Part shown: positions 16,679-24,565 of the stretch, piece by piece
How positions within the stretch are numbered: the first letter of the stretch is position 1
Layout: the number at the start of each line of letters is the position of its first letter
Source of the DNA: a virus
Taxonomy: Duplodnaviria; Caudoviricetes
IMG/VR virus record: IMGVR_UViG_3300032295_001220
Coordinates: 1-28,283 of that record
Length of the DNA stretch: 28,283 bases
Reading direction: 5' to 3' (one strand)
The notes under the pieces: model-generated
What the model saw: only the letters and a program-made list of their open reading frames with translations
The model's database searches: none
What the model was told of the DNA's origin: nothing
Position numbers and translations under genes: made by a program

Positions 16679-19462
16679 ATGGCAGATCCCGGCGAATTCA
16701 ATCCGAAGAAAACCACCGCACCTGGAAGCGACAATTCCGAAGGTCGTGGTGGTGCCGCATCATTCGATCCAACACCAGATTGGGACAAGAATATCCTTGA
16801 GGAGTTCAACAAGCAGCAGGAAATACAGGAAAAGCAAACCAAGGCACTCAAGGAACTGTCCGAAAGACTGATCACCAACAACGAGGCACTTCAATCTGCA
16901 AGAAAGAAGCAGTACGAAGCCGAACAGAAAAACGATCAAGAAGCGTTGGAGTTGGCTAAGAAGGAGATATTCGTACAGGAGCAATTCCAAAGCGAGAATC
17001 TACAAAACCTCGACAGACTCGAAAGGGAGATGCTGAAGCAGCAAGAGAACATCGATGCTGCCATAGATCTGCTTGGTGAGTCGGTGGGTAAGAACGACAT
17101 CTATGTGAAGCGTCACCTCAAGATAGAGGAAGATGCCAAGCAGATATTCAAAAAGGGGATGGAGGAGGTCGCTCAAAAAGAGGTCGCCACAGAAAAAACC
17201 TTCAAGCAGTTTGTAGAGGACTTCAATACTCAGCATCTTGCCGAGTTGGAGTTTGAAGAGAAACAGAACAAACTGTTGGGCGACAAGATCGCCGCTGCCG
17301 CCGCAATTCCTGAAATCTCTGGTACAGAGGACGAGAAGATCTCCGCAATGATGCAGAGAACCTCCCTGAACTTGGAGTCGCTCGCCACGATCAATGAGAA
17401 GATCGCAGACGAGATGACCGCCGAGGGAATCGACAAGGAGGATAAGGCTGCGGTAGAGCGGTTCAAGATGGAAAGGATGATGGATACGAAGTTCAACGAA
17501 TCCATCATCAAGGAACTCATCAAGTCAAGAGACTCCATCAAGAAGGAAACCGTACAGAAGGAACTTCAGGAGAAGTACATCCGCCAAGGCATACCAGCGG
17601 CAATCGCTGCGGTTCGTGCCGAGAAGAATGCGGAAGCAGAGACCAAGAAGAGAAGGGCTGAAGCCGCCGAGCAGATTCGCATCTTCAAGAAGATGGACGA
17701 AACGCAGCGGTATCAAACCACATTGGTCGAAGCCGACTACAGGCATCGCCTTGAGAAGGAGAAGGAAGCGGATGGAATCCCCGAGTGGTATCTCCGTCTA
17801 GAAAAGTCGCTATCCCCCATAAATGCCGCATTGGAAGATCTGCGGGATGCATATTCAAAGAGTGGACTTTTCATGAAAGTGCTGATGGTCTTGGCACTTT
17901 TGGGTGGCATCATCGTCGGAGCCATCGTCACCGCCGTCAAGAAGGTGATCGATATCTTCAGGGCGGGTGGGATAATTGCTGAGTGGTTTGCAGGAATCCG
18001 AAACTCAGTACCGATGATTGACAAGATGGCCCGTGCCATCGGCAGGATGTTCACATGGATGACCGAGGGAAACGCCATCGGTAGATTCTTCGTGAGTATC
18101 TTCAGCAAGGTGGTCTCAGCAGTCACCTATGTCGTAAACGCATTCAAGCAATTCGGAACGGGTCTTCGTGTGCTTGAAGCCGCAGGAAAAGAGGGCGGCA
18201 TCGTGATGAGATTCCTTGCGGCAGCAGCAAGACCCCTCGTCAACCTGATGAAGGCATTCCAATTTGGCTTCTCAATGGGCGCAGGAGCGGTGAATCTCAT
18301 CACCAAGGCATTCTCGTTCTTGGGGCCGATCCTTGGAGTAGTGGGAAAGGTGGTTGGAAAGTTGTTCCTGCCGCTGACGATACTCTTGACGGCTATCGAC
18401 GGCATCATCGGCGCATTCAAGGGATTCAAGAAAGACGGAATCAAGGGATTGGTCTTGGGCTTCTTTGCCAACATTCTGTCTGGATTGACCTTCGGATTGG
18501 TCAAGTTTGAAACCATATACAACTTCTTCAACAACACCATCGAAAAGGTGGTCGAAGGATTCAAGTTCATATTCAACAAGACGATTGGATTGGTTGTCGA
18601 TGCATCACACATGATATTCGATGGCATCAAGGGATTCTTTGGTGGCATTTGGAAAGGAATCAAGTGGGTGTGGGACAAGACCATGGGGTTCGTCATGGAT
18701 GCCGCAAAGATGTACTACAAGGGTGTTACAGCATTCTATGGTGCAGTTTGGAGTGGCATCAAGTGGGTGTGGGACAAGACCATCGGATTCGTCATGGATG
18801 CTGCAAAGACATATTACAAAGGCGTAACGGCTTTCTATGGTGCAGTTTGGAGTGGCATCAAGTGGGTGTGGAACAAGACGATGGGATTCGCCATGGATGC
18901 AGCGAAGATGTGGTGGAACGGAGTGACGGGATTCTTCGGTGCAATCGGTGGAGGAATCAAGTGGGCATTCAACAAGGTGACCAAATTTTACGCCACCGCA
19001 GGGAATATGATATTCGATGCTGCCAAGAGCATCTTCTCTACCATTTTGGAAACCCTATCTTCAATGCCGAAGGCAATTGCAGATGCGGCAGCAAATCTCT
19101 ATTCAGCCACCTTGGATAGCATAACGGGCATATTCTCGTCTGTGTGGGATGGCATGAAGGGGATCGGCTCTTGGTTCGGTTCTTGGTTCGGTAGTGATGA
19201 ACCTGAAACTCCCGCCAAAGCAATCTCCAAGAACCTATCTCCGAATGTCGGTACTGAGTTGGCTAGGACGCAGCAGGAAAGAGACACAGTCGCAGCAGCA
19301 ACATCCAAGACTAGTGGAACCGTGATAACAAACAATACGAATGTGAACAATGGTGGTGGAGGAGGCAAGACACCACAACCCACGATCATTGCTCCGCAGC
19401 CACCAAGAAACACCGAGCCCACCCTCAGGGCAATGCAATTCGGTGAACAACCCGCCTTCTAA
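16679..19462 (+). CDS. Tail tape measure protein (gp29-like)
   Basis: 927 aa; coiled-coil N-half, hydrophobic central helices, aromatic 11/33-residue repeats and N/G/P-rich C-terminus; follows gp26/gp51. Confidence 0.8.
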   Translation: MADPGEFNPKKTTAPGSDNSEGRGGAASFDPTPDWDKNILEEFNKQQEIQEKQTKALKELSERLITNNEALQSARKKQYEAEQKNDQEALELAKKEIFVQEQFQSENLQNLDRLEREMLKQQENIDAAIDLLGESVGKNDIYVKRHLKIEEDAKQIFKKGMEEVAQKEVATEKTFKQFVEDFNTQHLAELEFEEKQNKLLGDKIAAAAAIPEISGTEDEKISAMMQRTSLNLESLATINEKIADEMTAEGIDKEDKAAVERFKMERMMDTKFNESIIKELIKSRDSIKKETVQKELQEKYIRQGIPAAIAAVRAEKNAEAETKKRRAEAAEQIRIFKKMDETQRYQTTLVEADYRHRLEKEKEADGIPEWYLRLEKSLSPINAALEDLRDAYSKSGLFMKVLMVLALLGGIIVGAIVTAVKKVIDIFRAGGIIAEWFAGIRNSVPMIDKMARAIGRMFTWMTEGNAIGRFFVSIFSKVVSAVTYVVNAFKQFGTGLRVLEAAGKEGGIVMRFLAAAARPLVNLMKAFQFGFSMGAGAVNLITKAFSFLGPILGVVGKVVGKLFLPLTILLTAIDGIIGAFKGFKKDGIKGLVLGFFANILSGLTFGLVKFETIYNFFNNTIEKVVEGFKFIFNKTIGLVVDASHMIFDGIKGFFGGIWKGIKWVWDKTMGFVMDAAKMYYKGVTAFYGAVWSGIKWVWDKTIGFVMDAAKTYYKGVTAFYGAVWSGIKWVWNKTMGFAMDAAKMWWNGVTGFFGAIGGGIKWAFNKVTKFYATAGNMIFDAAKSIFSTILETLSSMPKAIADAAANLYSATLDSITGIFSSVWDGMKGIGSWFGSWFGSDEPETPAKAISKNLSPNVGTELARTQQERDTVAAATSKTSGTVITNNTNVNNGGGGGKTPQPTIIAPQPPRNTEPTLRAMQFGEQPAF
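18557..19050 (+). repeat. 99-bp (33-aa) tandem repeat, about 5 units, in the tape measure gene
   Basis: ATCAAGTGG at 18659, 18758, 18857 and 18956 (exact 99-bp period) plus a degenerate unit at 18560; unit GIKWVWDKTxGFVMDAAKxYYKGVTAFYGAVWS. Confidence 0.93.
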
Positions 19463-19498
19463 AAAGAAACAACCCCCGCCGAAACGGGGGTTGTCTTT
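19461..19498. terminator. Intrinsic terminator between convergent tape measure and gp32 genes, probably bidirectional
   Basis: 10-bp stem ACAACCCCCG (19469-78) / CGGGGGTTGT (19485-94). On the minus strand the loop is TTTCGG (UUCG) with a TTCTTTTT tail; the plus-strand tail is CTTT. Confidence 0.9.
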
Positions 19499-19519
19499 CA
19501 CCAAGATGCGGAGGCTATT

Positions 19520-20440
19520 TCACTCGTCCTCTTCCGCCAACTTGCGGAAGTAGGAGATAGCATCATCTTCGCTCTCCTCATCTGCAACGGGCTTCTTTGC
19601 AGGAGCCTTCTTCGGAGCAGACTCCGTGACCGCAGCAGCCTTGGTCATCTTGGATCGGAAGTCCTCGGGCTCTGCGTCCTCAGCCTTGACCGCAGCAGCC
19701 GCAGAGGTCTTCATCACCTGTGAGAAACGGGTGCCAAGTTCCTCATAGGACTTGAACTGATCGTCAGCAACAAACTCCTTGAGTGAGTGCTGCTTCTTCC
19801 ACAGAGACTCCAACTTCGCATCGTCTCCCTCAAGGAGTTCGGTCGGTGCGGAGAAGCCGCTCTTGTCGTAGGACACATATCCCGCATCAAGATGCGCCTT
19901 CAACTTGAAGTTGGCACCCTTCCAGAAGTCGAACGGATTGAACTTCGGCTCGTCGGGGTCGGAGGGATTCATCGCCTCCTGCAACTTGTCGAAAATCTTC
20001 TTTCCGTACTTGAACAGGAACACCTTGCCTTCGTTCTCCCGATTTGCGGGATCGCTGATTACAAGGATGTTGCTGATGTACGACAACTTGCGCTTGCGGT
20101 CACGGGCAACCTTCTTGTTGTCCTCAATGCCGCTGTTCCACAGTTCGTTGTTTGCCTCGCAGACGGGGCACTTGCGACCGATGGTGGTAGGGCAGTTCTC
20201 AATGAACCAACCGCCCTTTCCCTGAAAGCCGTGGCTGAACACCCGAACCATCGGGATGTCCTCGCCCTCAGGCGCAGGGAGGAAACGAATGACCGCCATT
20301 CCGTTGCCGCTCTTGTCACGCTCTAGTGACCAAAGGCGTTCATCTTTCTGATAGCCCTCCTTGCCACCCTGCTTTTCCATTTCCTTCTGAAGGCGTTCCA
20401 TGCCCGACTGTGAGTTCTTCTTGAGGTTTGCAAACGACAT
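19520..20440 (-). CDS. gp32: Single-stranded DNA-binding protein gp32
   Basis: MSFANLKK, DKSGNGMAVIRFLPAP, Zn site HGFQ...ENCPTTIGRKCPVC, GKVFLFKYGKKIFDK, acidic tail; AAGGAG SD. Confidence 0.97.
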   Translation of the reverse strand: MSFANLKKNSQSGMERLQKEMEKQGGKEGYQKDERLWSLERDKSGNGMAVIRFLPAPEGEDIPMVRVFSHGFQGKGGWFIENCPTTIGRKCPVCEANNELWNSGIEDNKKVARDRKRKLSYISNILVISDPANRENEGKVFLFKYGKKIFDKLQEAMNPSDPDEPKFNPFDFWKGANFKLKAHLDAGYVSYDKSGFSAPTELLEGDDAKLESLWKKQHSLKEFVADDQFKSYEELGTRFSQVMKTSAAAAVKAEDAEPEDFRSKMTKAAAVTESAPKKAPAKKPVADEESEDDAISYFRKLAEEDE

Positions 20441-20477
20441 GTTCGATGTATCTCCTTGTGTGTTTGGGTTTGCGGAA

Positions 20478-20505
20478 AGTATAGCGTGTGTGTGCTGTCA
20501 GTCAA
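20478..20505 (-). promoter_or_regulatory. Sigma70-type promoter TTGACT-N16-TATACT for gp32
   Basis: -35 at 20505-20500 and -10 at 20483-20478; same hexamers and spacing as the uvsY promoter. Confidence 0.8.
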
Positions 20506-20737
20506 GCGGCAACTTGGAAGTTTTTCTCTTGCCCCTGACCATGTTGAGTGTTTCGAATTCACTCTTCAACTTCTCCCGAATCGGCTTCGACAGCAACTTT
20601 GCAGCCGACTCAGGTTCGATCCCGTACTTCTCACAAAGATCAAGAACGGTCTCCATATACTTGCCGTTCTTTCTCTTCTGTGTGGTCTCCTCGACTTCCT
20701 TGGAGAAGTCGTGATCCAAATTCATTATCGATCCCAT
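20498..20737 (-). CDS. gp33: Late transcription coactivator gp33
   Basis: FSKEVE...YMETVLDLCEKYGIEPESAAKLLSKPIREKLKSE...LNM...KLPL motif. Confidence 0.9.
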   Translation of the reverse strand: MGSIMNLDHDFSKEVEETTQKRKNGKYMETVLDLCEKYGIEPESAAKLLSKPIREKLKSEFETLNMVRGKRKTSKLPLD

Positions 20738-20985
20738 TAGATGATTCCTTCCTCATCAACTTCTTCGCTGATGGGCATAGTTGAAACATTCTGTACCCAT
20801 CGGTTTACTGCGATCTCAAACTCCTCATGTGTGAGGAGCATTCCCACCTGTTCCCCTCGCTCCGTCATGAAACGAATGCAATGGTACTTCTTGGGCTGTT
20901 CCTGCATCATAGGAACATCTTCTGACGGCGGCGTGGGTGATTTACTCAGCCCTAGCAGCCGCAACACGGCTTGCAAAAATCTCAT
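20737..20985 (-). CDS. Hypothetical protein (82 aa, MRFLQAVLRLLGLSK...)
   Basis: ATG at 20985 preceded by AGGAG; stop overlaps the gp33 ATG (TAATG); start trimmed from the track's 21099. Confidence 0.65.
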   Translation of the reverse strand: MRFLQAVLRLLGLSKSPTPPSEDVPMMQEQPKKYHCIRFMTERGEQVGMLLTHEEFEIAVNRWVQNVSTMPISEEVDEEGII

Positions 20986-21631
20986 TTGCTTTCTCCTGCA
21001 CTTCCTTGAAGGAGTGCTTGTCCCAATATGAACGAATGACCCCAAAGAGGGACTTCTTGTGGTCTGCGGGGTTCTCCACGAACTCCTGCACCGTGCCATC
21101 GTCCGTGAGAATGAGGATCACCAACTTGCCAATTCGGTTTGGCTCGGTGTGTGTCTCGTTCCACATATGTGAATATGCGGTGGCTTGGTGGAAGTAGTTC
21201 TGAATGTCTTCCCGTGCCTTCTCTTTGCCAGCCGTCTTGAAGTCGATGATGGCAAGTTCACCATCGTACTCAGCGATGCAGTCGATCCGCCCTGCCATCA
21301 GGATTTCGTCTGAGAACAGGGGGGTTTCGATTGCATGGATCTTGCCGATCCTGCTGAGGTAAGGAGAGATCAAATCGAAGTTCATCCGATCAAACGGATC
21401 GGTTGGGATCTTCTCCTCCTTCAGGAAGTCCTCCATCACAGCATGGAACCTGTTTCCCCGTGAGAGTGCCTTCTTGGACTTAGCCAAGTTCTCAGGGTTC
21501 TTCCTCCACTCACGCCAAAACTCATCCATCTCATGGTTGATCACGGTGGTGACGGATGGGTACCAACGAAGTGTGTTTGGGGATTGGTAGTATCTACCTT
21601 TCCCTTCGGCTTCAACAGAGTTCAGTTTCAT
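20942..21631 (-). CDS. PD-(D/E)XK exonuclease (Cas4-like phage exonuclease family)
   Basis: YPSVTTVI, RGNRFH, IETPL, AGRIDCIAEYDGELAIIDFKT and YFHQATAYSHM motifs. Confidence 0.9.
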   Translation of the reverse strand: MKLNSVEAEGKGRYYQSPNTLRWYPSVTTVINHEMDEFWREWRKNPENLAKSKKALSRGNRFHAVMEDFLKEEKIPTDPFDRMNFDLISPYLSRIGKIHAIETPLFSDEILMAGRIDCIAEYDGELAIIDFKTAGKEKAREDIQNYFHQATAYSHMWNETHTEPNRIGKLVILILTDDGTVQEFVENPADHKKSLFGVIRSYWDKHSFKEVQEKANEIFASRVAAARAE

Positions 21632-21634
21632 TAT

Positions 21635-21895
21635 TCAGTAGTCACGAATGCTGTTGCGTGGGTGAGCCTTCTTGATCTTTGAGATGACTTCCTTGAAGCC
21701 ATTGTCAACCTTACCCGCCGTGCCCACACGAATAGGATCGCATGCAGCGGGGGCTGAGGTGATGGTCTGCTCTACCGTACCCGAAACACTACACTTCGGA
21801 CACGGCTTCTTGCATGGCTTCTTGCGATCAGCAATCGAAAGGAACTCTTCGAATTGGTGACTGCACTTGGAGCATCTGTAATCATAGAACGGCAT
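21635..21895 (-). CDS. FmdB-family zinc-ribbon protein
   Basis: MPFYDYRCSKCSHQFE...CPKC...GFKEVISKIKKAHP; start trimmed to ATG 21895. Confidence 0.85.
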   Translation of the reverse strand: MPFYDYRCSKCSHQFEEFLSIADRKKPCKKPCPKCSVSGTVEQTITSAPAACDPIRVGTAGKVDNGFKEVISKIKKAHPRNSIRDY

Positions 21896-21906
21896 GGCGA
21901 TACTTC

Positions 21907-21914
21907 TATTTAGC
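21907..21914 (-). promoter_or_regulatory. Late promoter-like box GCTAAATA
   Basis: Overlaps the upstream stop codon; 11 nt before the FmdB-like ATG. Confidence 0.5.
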
Positions 21915-22125
21915 CGTTCTTGCGGCGAACTTCCTCGACATCGTCGCCCTTGACCCAAAAGAATTCAGGGCCCCACTCCCGAGAGTAGGTGCTGACGAGA
22001 TACTGAGGGCCCCAAACGGAATCCTGTTCGATTCTGCGGATGGTTGCGATCTTGTTCAGGGAACGAACATAGACCTTCGGACGCTCTTCTTCGGGACGCT
22101 GCTTACGGACGCTGTCATTGCTCAT
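21910..22125 (-). CDS. Hypothetical protein (71 aa, small beta-rich)
   Basis: ATG at 22125 with GGAGAG SD, downstream of a sigma70-type promoter. Confidence 0.7.
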   Translation of the reverse strand: MSNDSVRKQRPEEERPKVYVRSLNKIATIRRIEQDSVWGPQYLVSTYSREWGPEFFWVKGDDVEEVRRKNG

Positions 22126-22184
22126 GTGGTTTCTCTCCCACAAAGGTGCGATAACCCAACATACGAGATGGGTTGATTGAGAGG

Positions 22185-22213
22185 ACTATACACCGAATAT
22201 TCACCCATGTCAA
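22185..22213 (-). promoter_or_regulatory. Sigma70-type promoter TTGACA-N17-TATAGT
   Basis: Near-consensus hexamers at the head of the leftward operon. Confidence 0.8.
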
Positions 22214-22216
22214 GGC

Positions 22217-22244
22217 TTGACTTCCACAATCTTTGTGGTATGCT
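22217..22244 (+). promoter_or_regulatory. Sigma70-type promoter TTGACT-N16-TATGCT with TGn extended -10, for rnh
   Basis: -35 at 22217-22222 and -10 at 22239-22244; ATG follows after 7 nt. Confidence 0.8.
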
Positions 22245-22251
22245 TGTCGGT

Positions 22252-23088
22252 ATGATCCTAATGGACATGAACCAACTAACCATCGCCAACCTGATGGCTG
22301 AATCCAAGGGCAAGCCCTCTATGGACATCGGTCTCATTCGGCACATGGTGGTCAACACGATCCGAACCATTCGCATGCGCTTCCGAGAGGAGTACGGCGA
22401 ACCCGTCCTCTGCTACGACTCCCGTGTACGGGCGTGGCGCAAGGAGGTGTACCCACCATACAAGGCGAACCGAAAGAAGGAGCGTGAGGCTTCCGATGTC
22501 GATTGGGACGCTCTGTGGGACATCCTGCGGCAGATCAAGCAGGAGATCCGAGAGACCTTCCCATACAAGATGATGGAGGTCGATTCGTGCGAAGGTGACG
22601 ATCTGATCGCCATCCTCTCCAAGAACCTAGAGGGGAAGCACCTGATCGTCTCATCCGATCACGACTTCTTCCAACTCCATAGCGCACGGGTGTCTCAATG
22701 GTGTCCTAGAACCAAGCAGATGACAGTCTGCGAAGACCCTGCCCGTGAACTCGTTCGTCACATCATGCGTGGCGACAGCGGAGACGGTGTTCCGAACTTT
22801 TTGTCAGACGATACCGTATTCATTGACGGTAGAAGGCAGAAGCCCCTTTTCGAGAAGAAACTGAACGAATGGGTGGAACTTCCACTAAATACCTTCTGCA
22901 CAGATGAGATGGTTCGCAACTACGAGCGAAACAAGACCGTCATCGACTTCTCTCGCATTCCGAAGAGAATCGAAGAAGCCATCATGCAAGAGTATTCAAT
23001 CCCACCTGAAGGCAACAGGGGAAGAATCCTCGCATACATGATGGAGAACAACATGAAACTGATGCTTCAACACCTACAGGAGTTTTGA
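22252..23088 (+). CDS. rnh: T4-type RNase H / 5'-3' exonuclease
   Basis: MILMDMNQ, WRKEVYPPYKANRKK, EGDDLIA, IVSSDHDFFQL and GDSGDGVPNFLSDD motifs; start trimmed to ATG 22252. Confidence 0.95.
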   Translation: MILMDMNQLTIANLMAESKGKPSMDIGLIRHMVVNTIRTIRMRFREEYGEPVLCYDSRVRAWRKEVYPPYKANRKKEREASDVDWDALWDILRQIKQEIRETFPYKMMEVDSCEGDDLIAILSKNLEGKHLIVSSDHDFFQLHSARVSQWCPRTKQMTVCEDPARELVRHIMRGDSGDGVPNFLSDDTVFIDGRRQKPLFEKKLNEWVELPLNTFCTDEMVRNYERNKTVIDFSRIPKRIEEAIMQEYSIPPEGNRGRILAYMMENNMKLMLQHLQEF

Positions 23089-23090
23089 TC

Positions 23091-23528
23091 ATGCCAGCCA
23101 ACTTCACGATCCCCGAGATTCTGATTCAAATCAAGAGCACCGCAAAGACTCCGCAGGAGATCGTCCGTGGTCTCCAACAGAACAACACGGTTGCCTTCCG
23201 TGAGGTTCTGAGATACGCCTTCGATGGGCTTCCTTGGTACCGCAAGGATCTTCCGAACTTCACGCCCGACTCAAGCCCCGAGGGTCTTGCTCCAACCTCG
23301 CTTTGGGCTGAGATCAAGCGGTTCTACCTCTTCAAGGAGGGGTACTCGCTTCCGACCAAGCGAAAGGACGAGATCCTCATTCAGATCCTTGAATCGACAA
23401 GCGACAAGGAGATCGAACTGATTCGATCCATGCTCGACGGTTCGTTCAAGTACACATACGGCATCGACCGTGAAATCGTGGAAAAGGCGTTCCCGAACCT
23501 GTATGGATCACAGGTTGTGAGTCGCTGA
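23091..23528 (+). CDS. Conserved T4-like phage hypothetical protein
   Basis: AGGAG SD before ATG 23091; LWAEIKRFYLF...KRKDEILIQILES...VEKAFP resembles the family commonly found after rnh. Confidence 0.75.
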   Translation: MPANFTIPEILIQIKSTAKTPQEIVRGLQQNNTVAFREVLRYAFDGLPWYRKDLPNFTPDSSPEGLAPTSLWAEIKRFYLFKEGYSLPTKRKDEILIQILESTSDKEIELIRSMLDGSFKYTYGIDREIVEKAFPNLYGSQVVSR

Positions 23529-24071
23529 CCAAGCCCACTTGGCTAGGTAGAACGAGTCAACCACATCTGAAACGGGACTGACGCAGTCCTTGGCATTAGG
23601 GGTCATCTCTTTCATGAGATCGACCCCTGTGTCTTTTACGAACTGCGTGTGCATGGAGTTCTTGTCGGCATTTCCCTTGCCCGTGGCAAACTTCTTGAGT
23701 GCTGTCGGTGCAAGGGTTTCGAACTTAAATCCCTCCGACCACAACTTGTACTTAAGCAAACCGCAGTTTTCGGCTATGTGAAACACCTTGCCCTTGGCAC
23801 CCATGGCGTAGTCCTCGACCACAACCTTTGCTTCCGTATCATCGATGCATGCCATCGCCCACTCAGATATGTTGTGGAATCGCTGCTCTTGGGATTGCCA
23901 AAGTTCCTTATGTGGATCGCCCGACACATTCACCTTACCCAAAAGGGTTTCGAATGTGTATTCCCGCACATGTCTTTCGGTCGAGGTCAAGTACCTCACA
24001 GACCACTCCTCGCCGTCGAACAGGCAGATTGCAGGCGAGGTCATTGAGTAGTCGATCCCATAAACTCTCAT
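23508..24071 (-). CDS. RuvC-like Holliday junction resolvase (RNase H fold)
   Basis: MRVYGIDYSMTSPAIC, VVVEDYA, IAENCGLLK, PTALKKFATGKGNADK and DVVDSFYLA motifs; start trimmed to ATG 24071. Confidence 0.85.
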   Translation of the reverse strand: MRVYGIDYSMTSPAICLFDGEEWSVRYLTSTERHVREYTFETLLGKVNVSGDPHKELWQSQEQRFHNISEWAMACIDDTEAKVVVEDYAMGAKGKVFHIAENCGLLKYKLWSEGFKFETLAPTALKKFATGKGNADKNSMHTQFVKDTGVDLMKEMTPNAKDCVSPVSDVVDSFYLAKWAWSATHNL

Positions 24072-24076
24072 ACAGA

Positions 24077-24084
24077 TATGTATT
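24077..24084 (-). promoter_or_regulatory. Late promoter-like box AATACATA
   Basis: 5 nt before the RuvC-like ATG; the gene is isolated on the minus strand and needs its own promoter. Confidence 0.5.
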
Positions 24085-24110
24085 GACTTTGCCGATACTA
24101 GGGCTATACT
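24083..24110 (+). promoter_or_regulatory. Sigma70-type promoter TTGACT-N16-TATACT for uvsY
   Basis: -35 at 24083-24088 and -10 at 24105-24110; ATG follows after 7 nt. Confidence 0.85.
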
Positions 24111-24117
24111 TCTCCAA

Positions 24118-24555
24118 ATGAACATCGAACGAATCAAAGAGATGGTCGAGACCGACCTCAAGATCGACGGCACAGAACTTGCCGACGAGTCGGTTCGCAT
24201 CCCCCAACTGCACGGAAAGTACCTCAACATCTTCCATGACGAGAACCTTGTGCTGAGGAAGCATGAGACGGACTACAAGGTTCTTCGCCGTCAGAAGTGG
24301 GAGTACTACAGCGGCAAGATGTCCGAGCAAGACCTCAAGACGCTTGGTTGGGAACCGTTCGACCACCGAATCCTCCGTCAGGACTTGGATGTCTACATGG
24401 ATTCCGATGCGGATCTGCTCAAGATTCAGAGCAAGATCGATCTTCAGAAGCAGAAGGTGGACTACCTCGACTCCATCCTCAAGGGAATCAACAACCGTCA
24501 ATGGGTGATTCGCAACGCTATTGAGTGGCGGAAGTTCATGTCTGGGGTGACCTAA
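24118..24555 (+). CDS. uvsY: Recombination mediator UvsY
   Basis: DLKID...ESVRIPQLHGKYL...KWEYYSGK...INNRQWVIRNAIEWRKFMSG; directly upstream of uvsW. Confidence 0.93.
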   Translation: MNIERIKEMVETDLKIDGTELADESVRIPQLHGKYLNIFHDENLVLRKHETDYKVLRRQKWEYYSGKMSEQDLKTLGWEPFDHRILRQDLDVYMDSDADLLKIQSKIDLQKQKVDYLDSILKGINNRQWVIRNAIEWRKFMSGVT

Positions 24556-24558
24556 ATA
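24551..24558 (+). promoter_or_regulatory. Late promoter CCTAAATA for uvsW
   Basis: Overlaps the uvsY stop, 7 nt before the uvsW ATG; T4 uvsW is a late gene. Confidence 0.7.
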
Positions 24559-24565
24559 CGCATGA

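Noticed and set aside
18557-19050. Regularly spaced repeats as a possible CRISPR array or DGR template
   Set aside because: In-frame 99-bp coding repeats with mostly synonymous variation, no unique spacers, no adenine-specific pattern and no cas or RT gene in the window.
20942-21631. Cas4-like nuclease as evidence of a CRISPR system
   Set aside because: This is the common stand-alone exonuclease of T4-like phages; no array or other cas genes.
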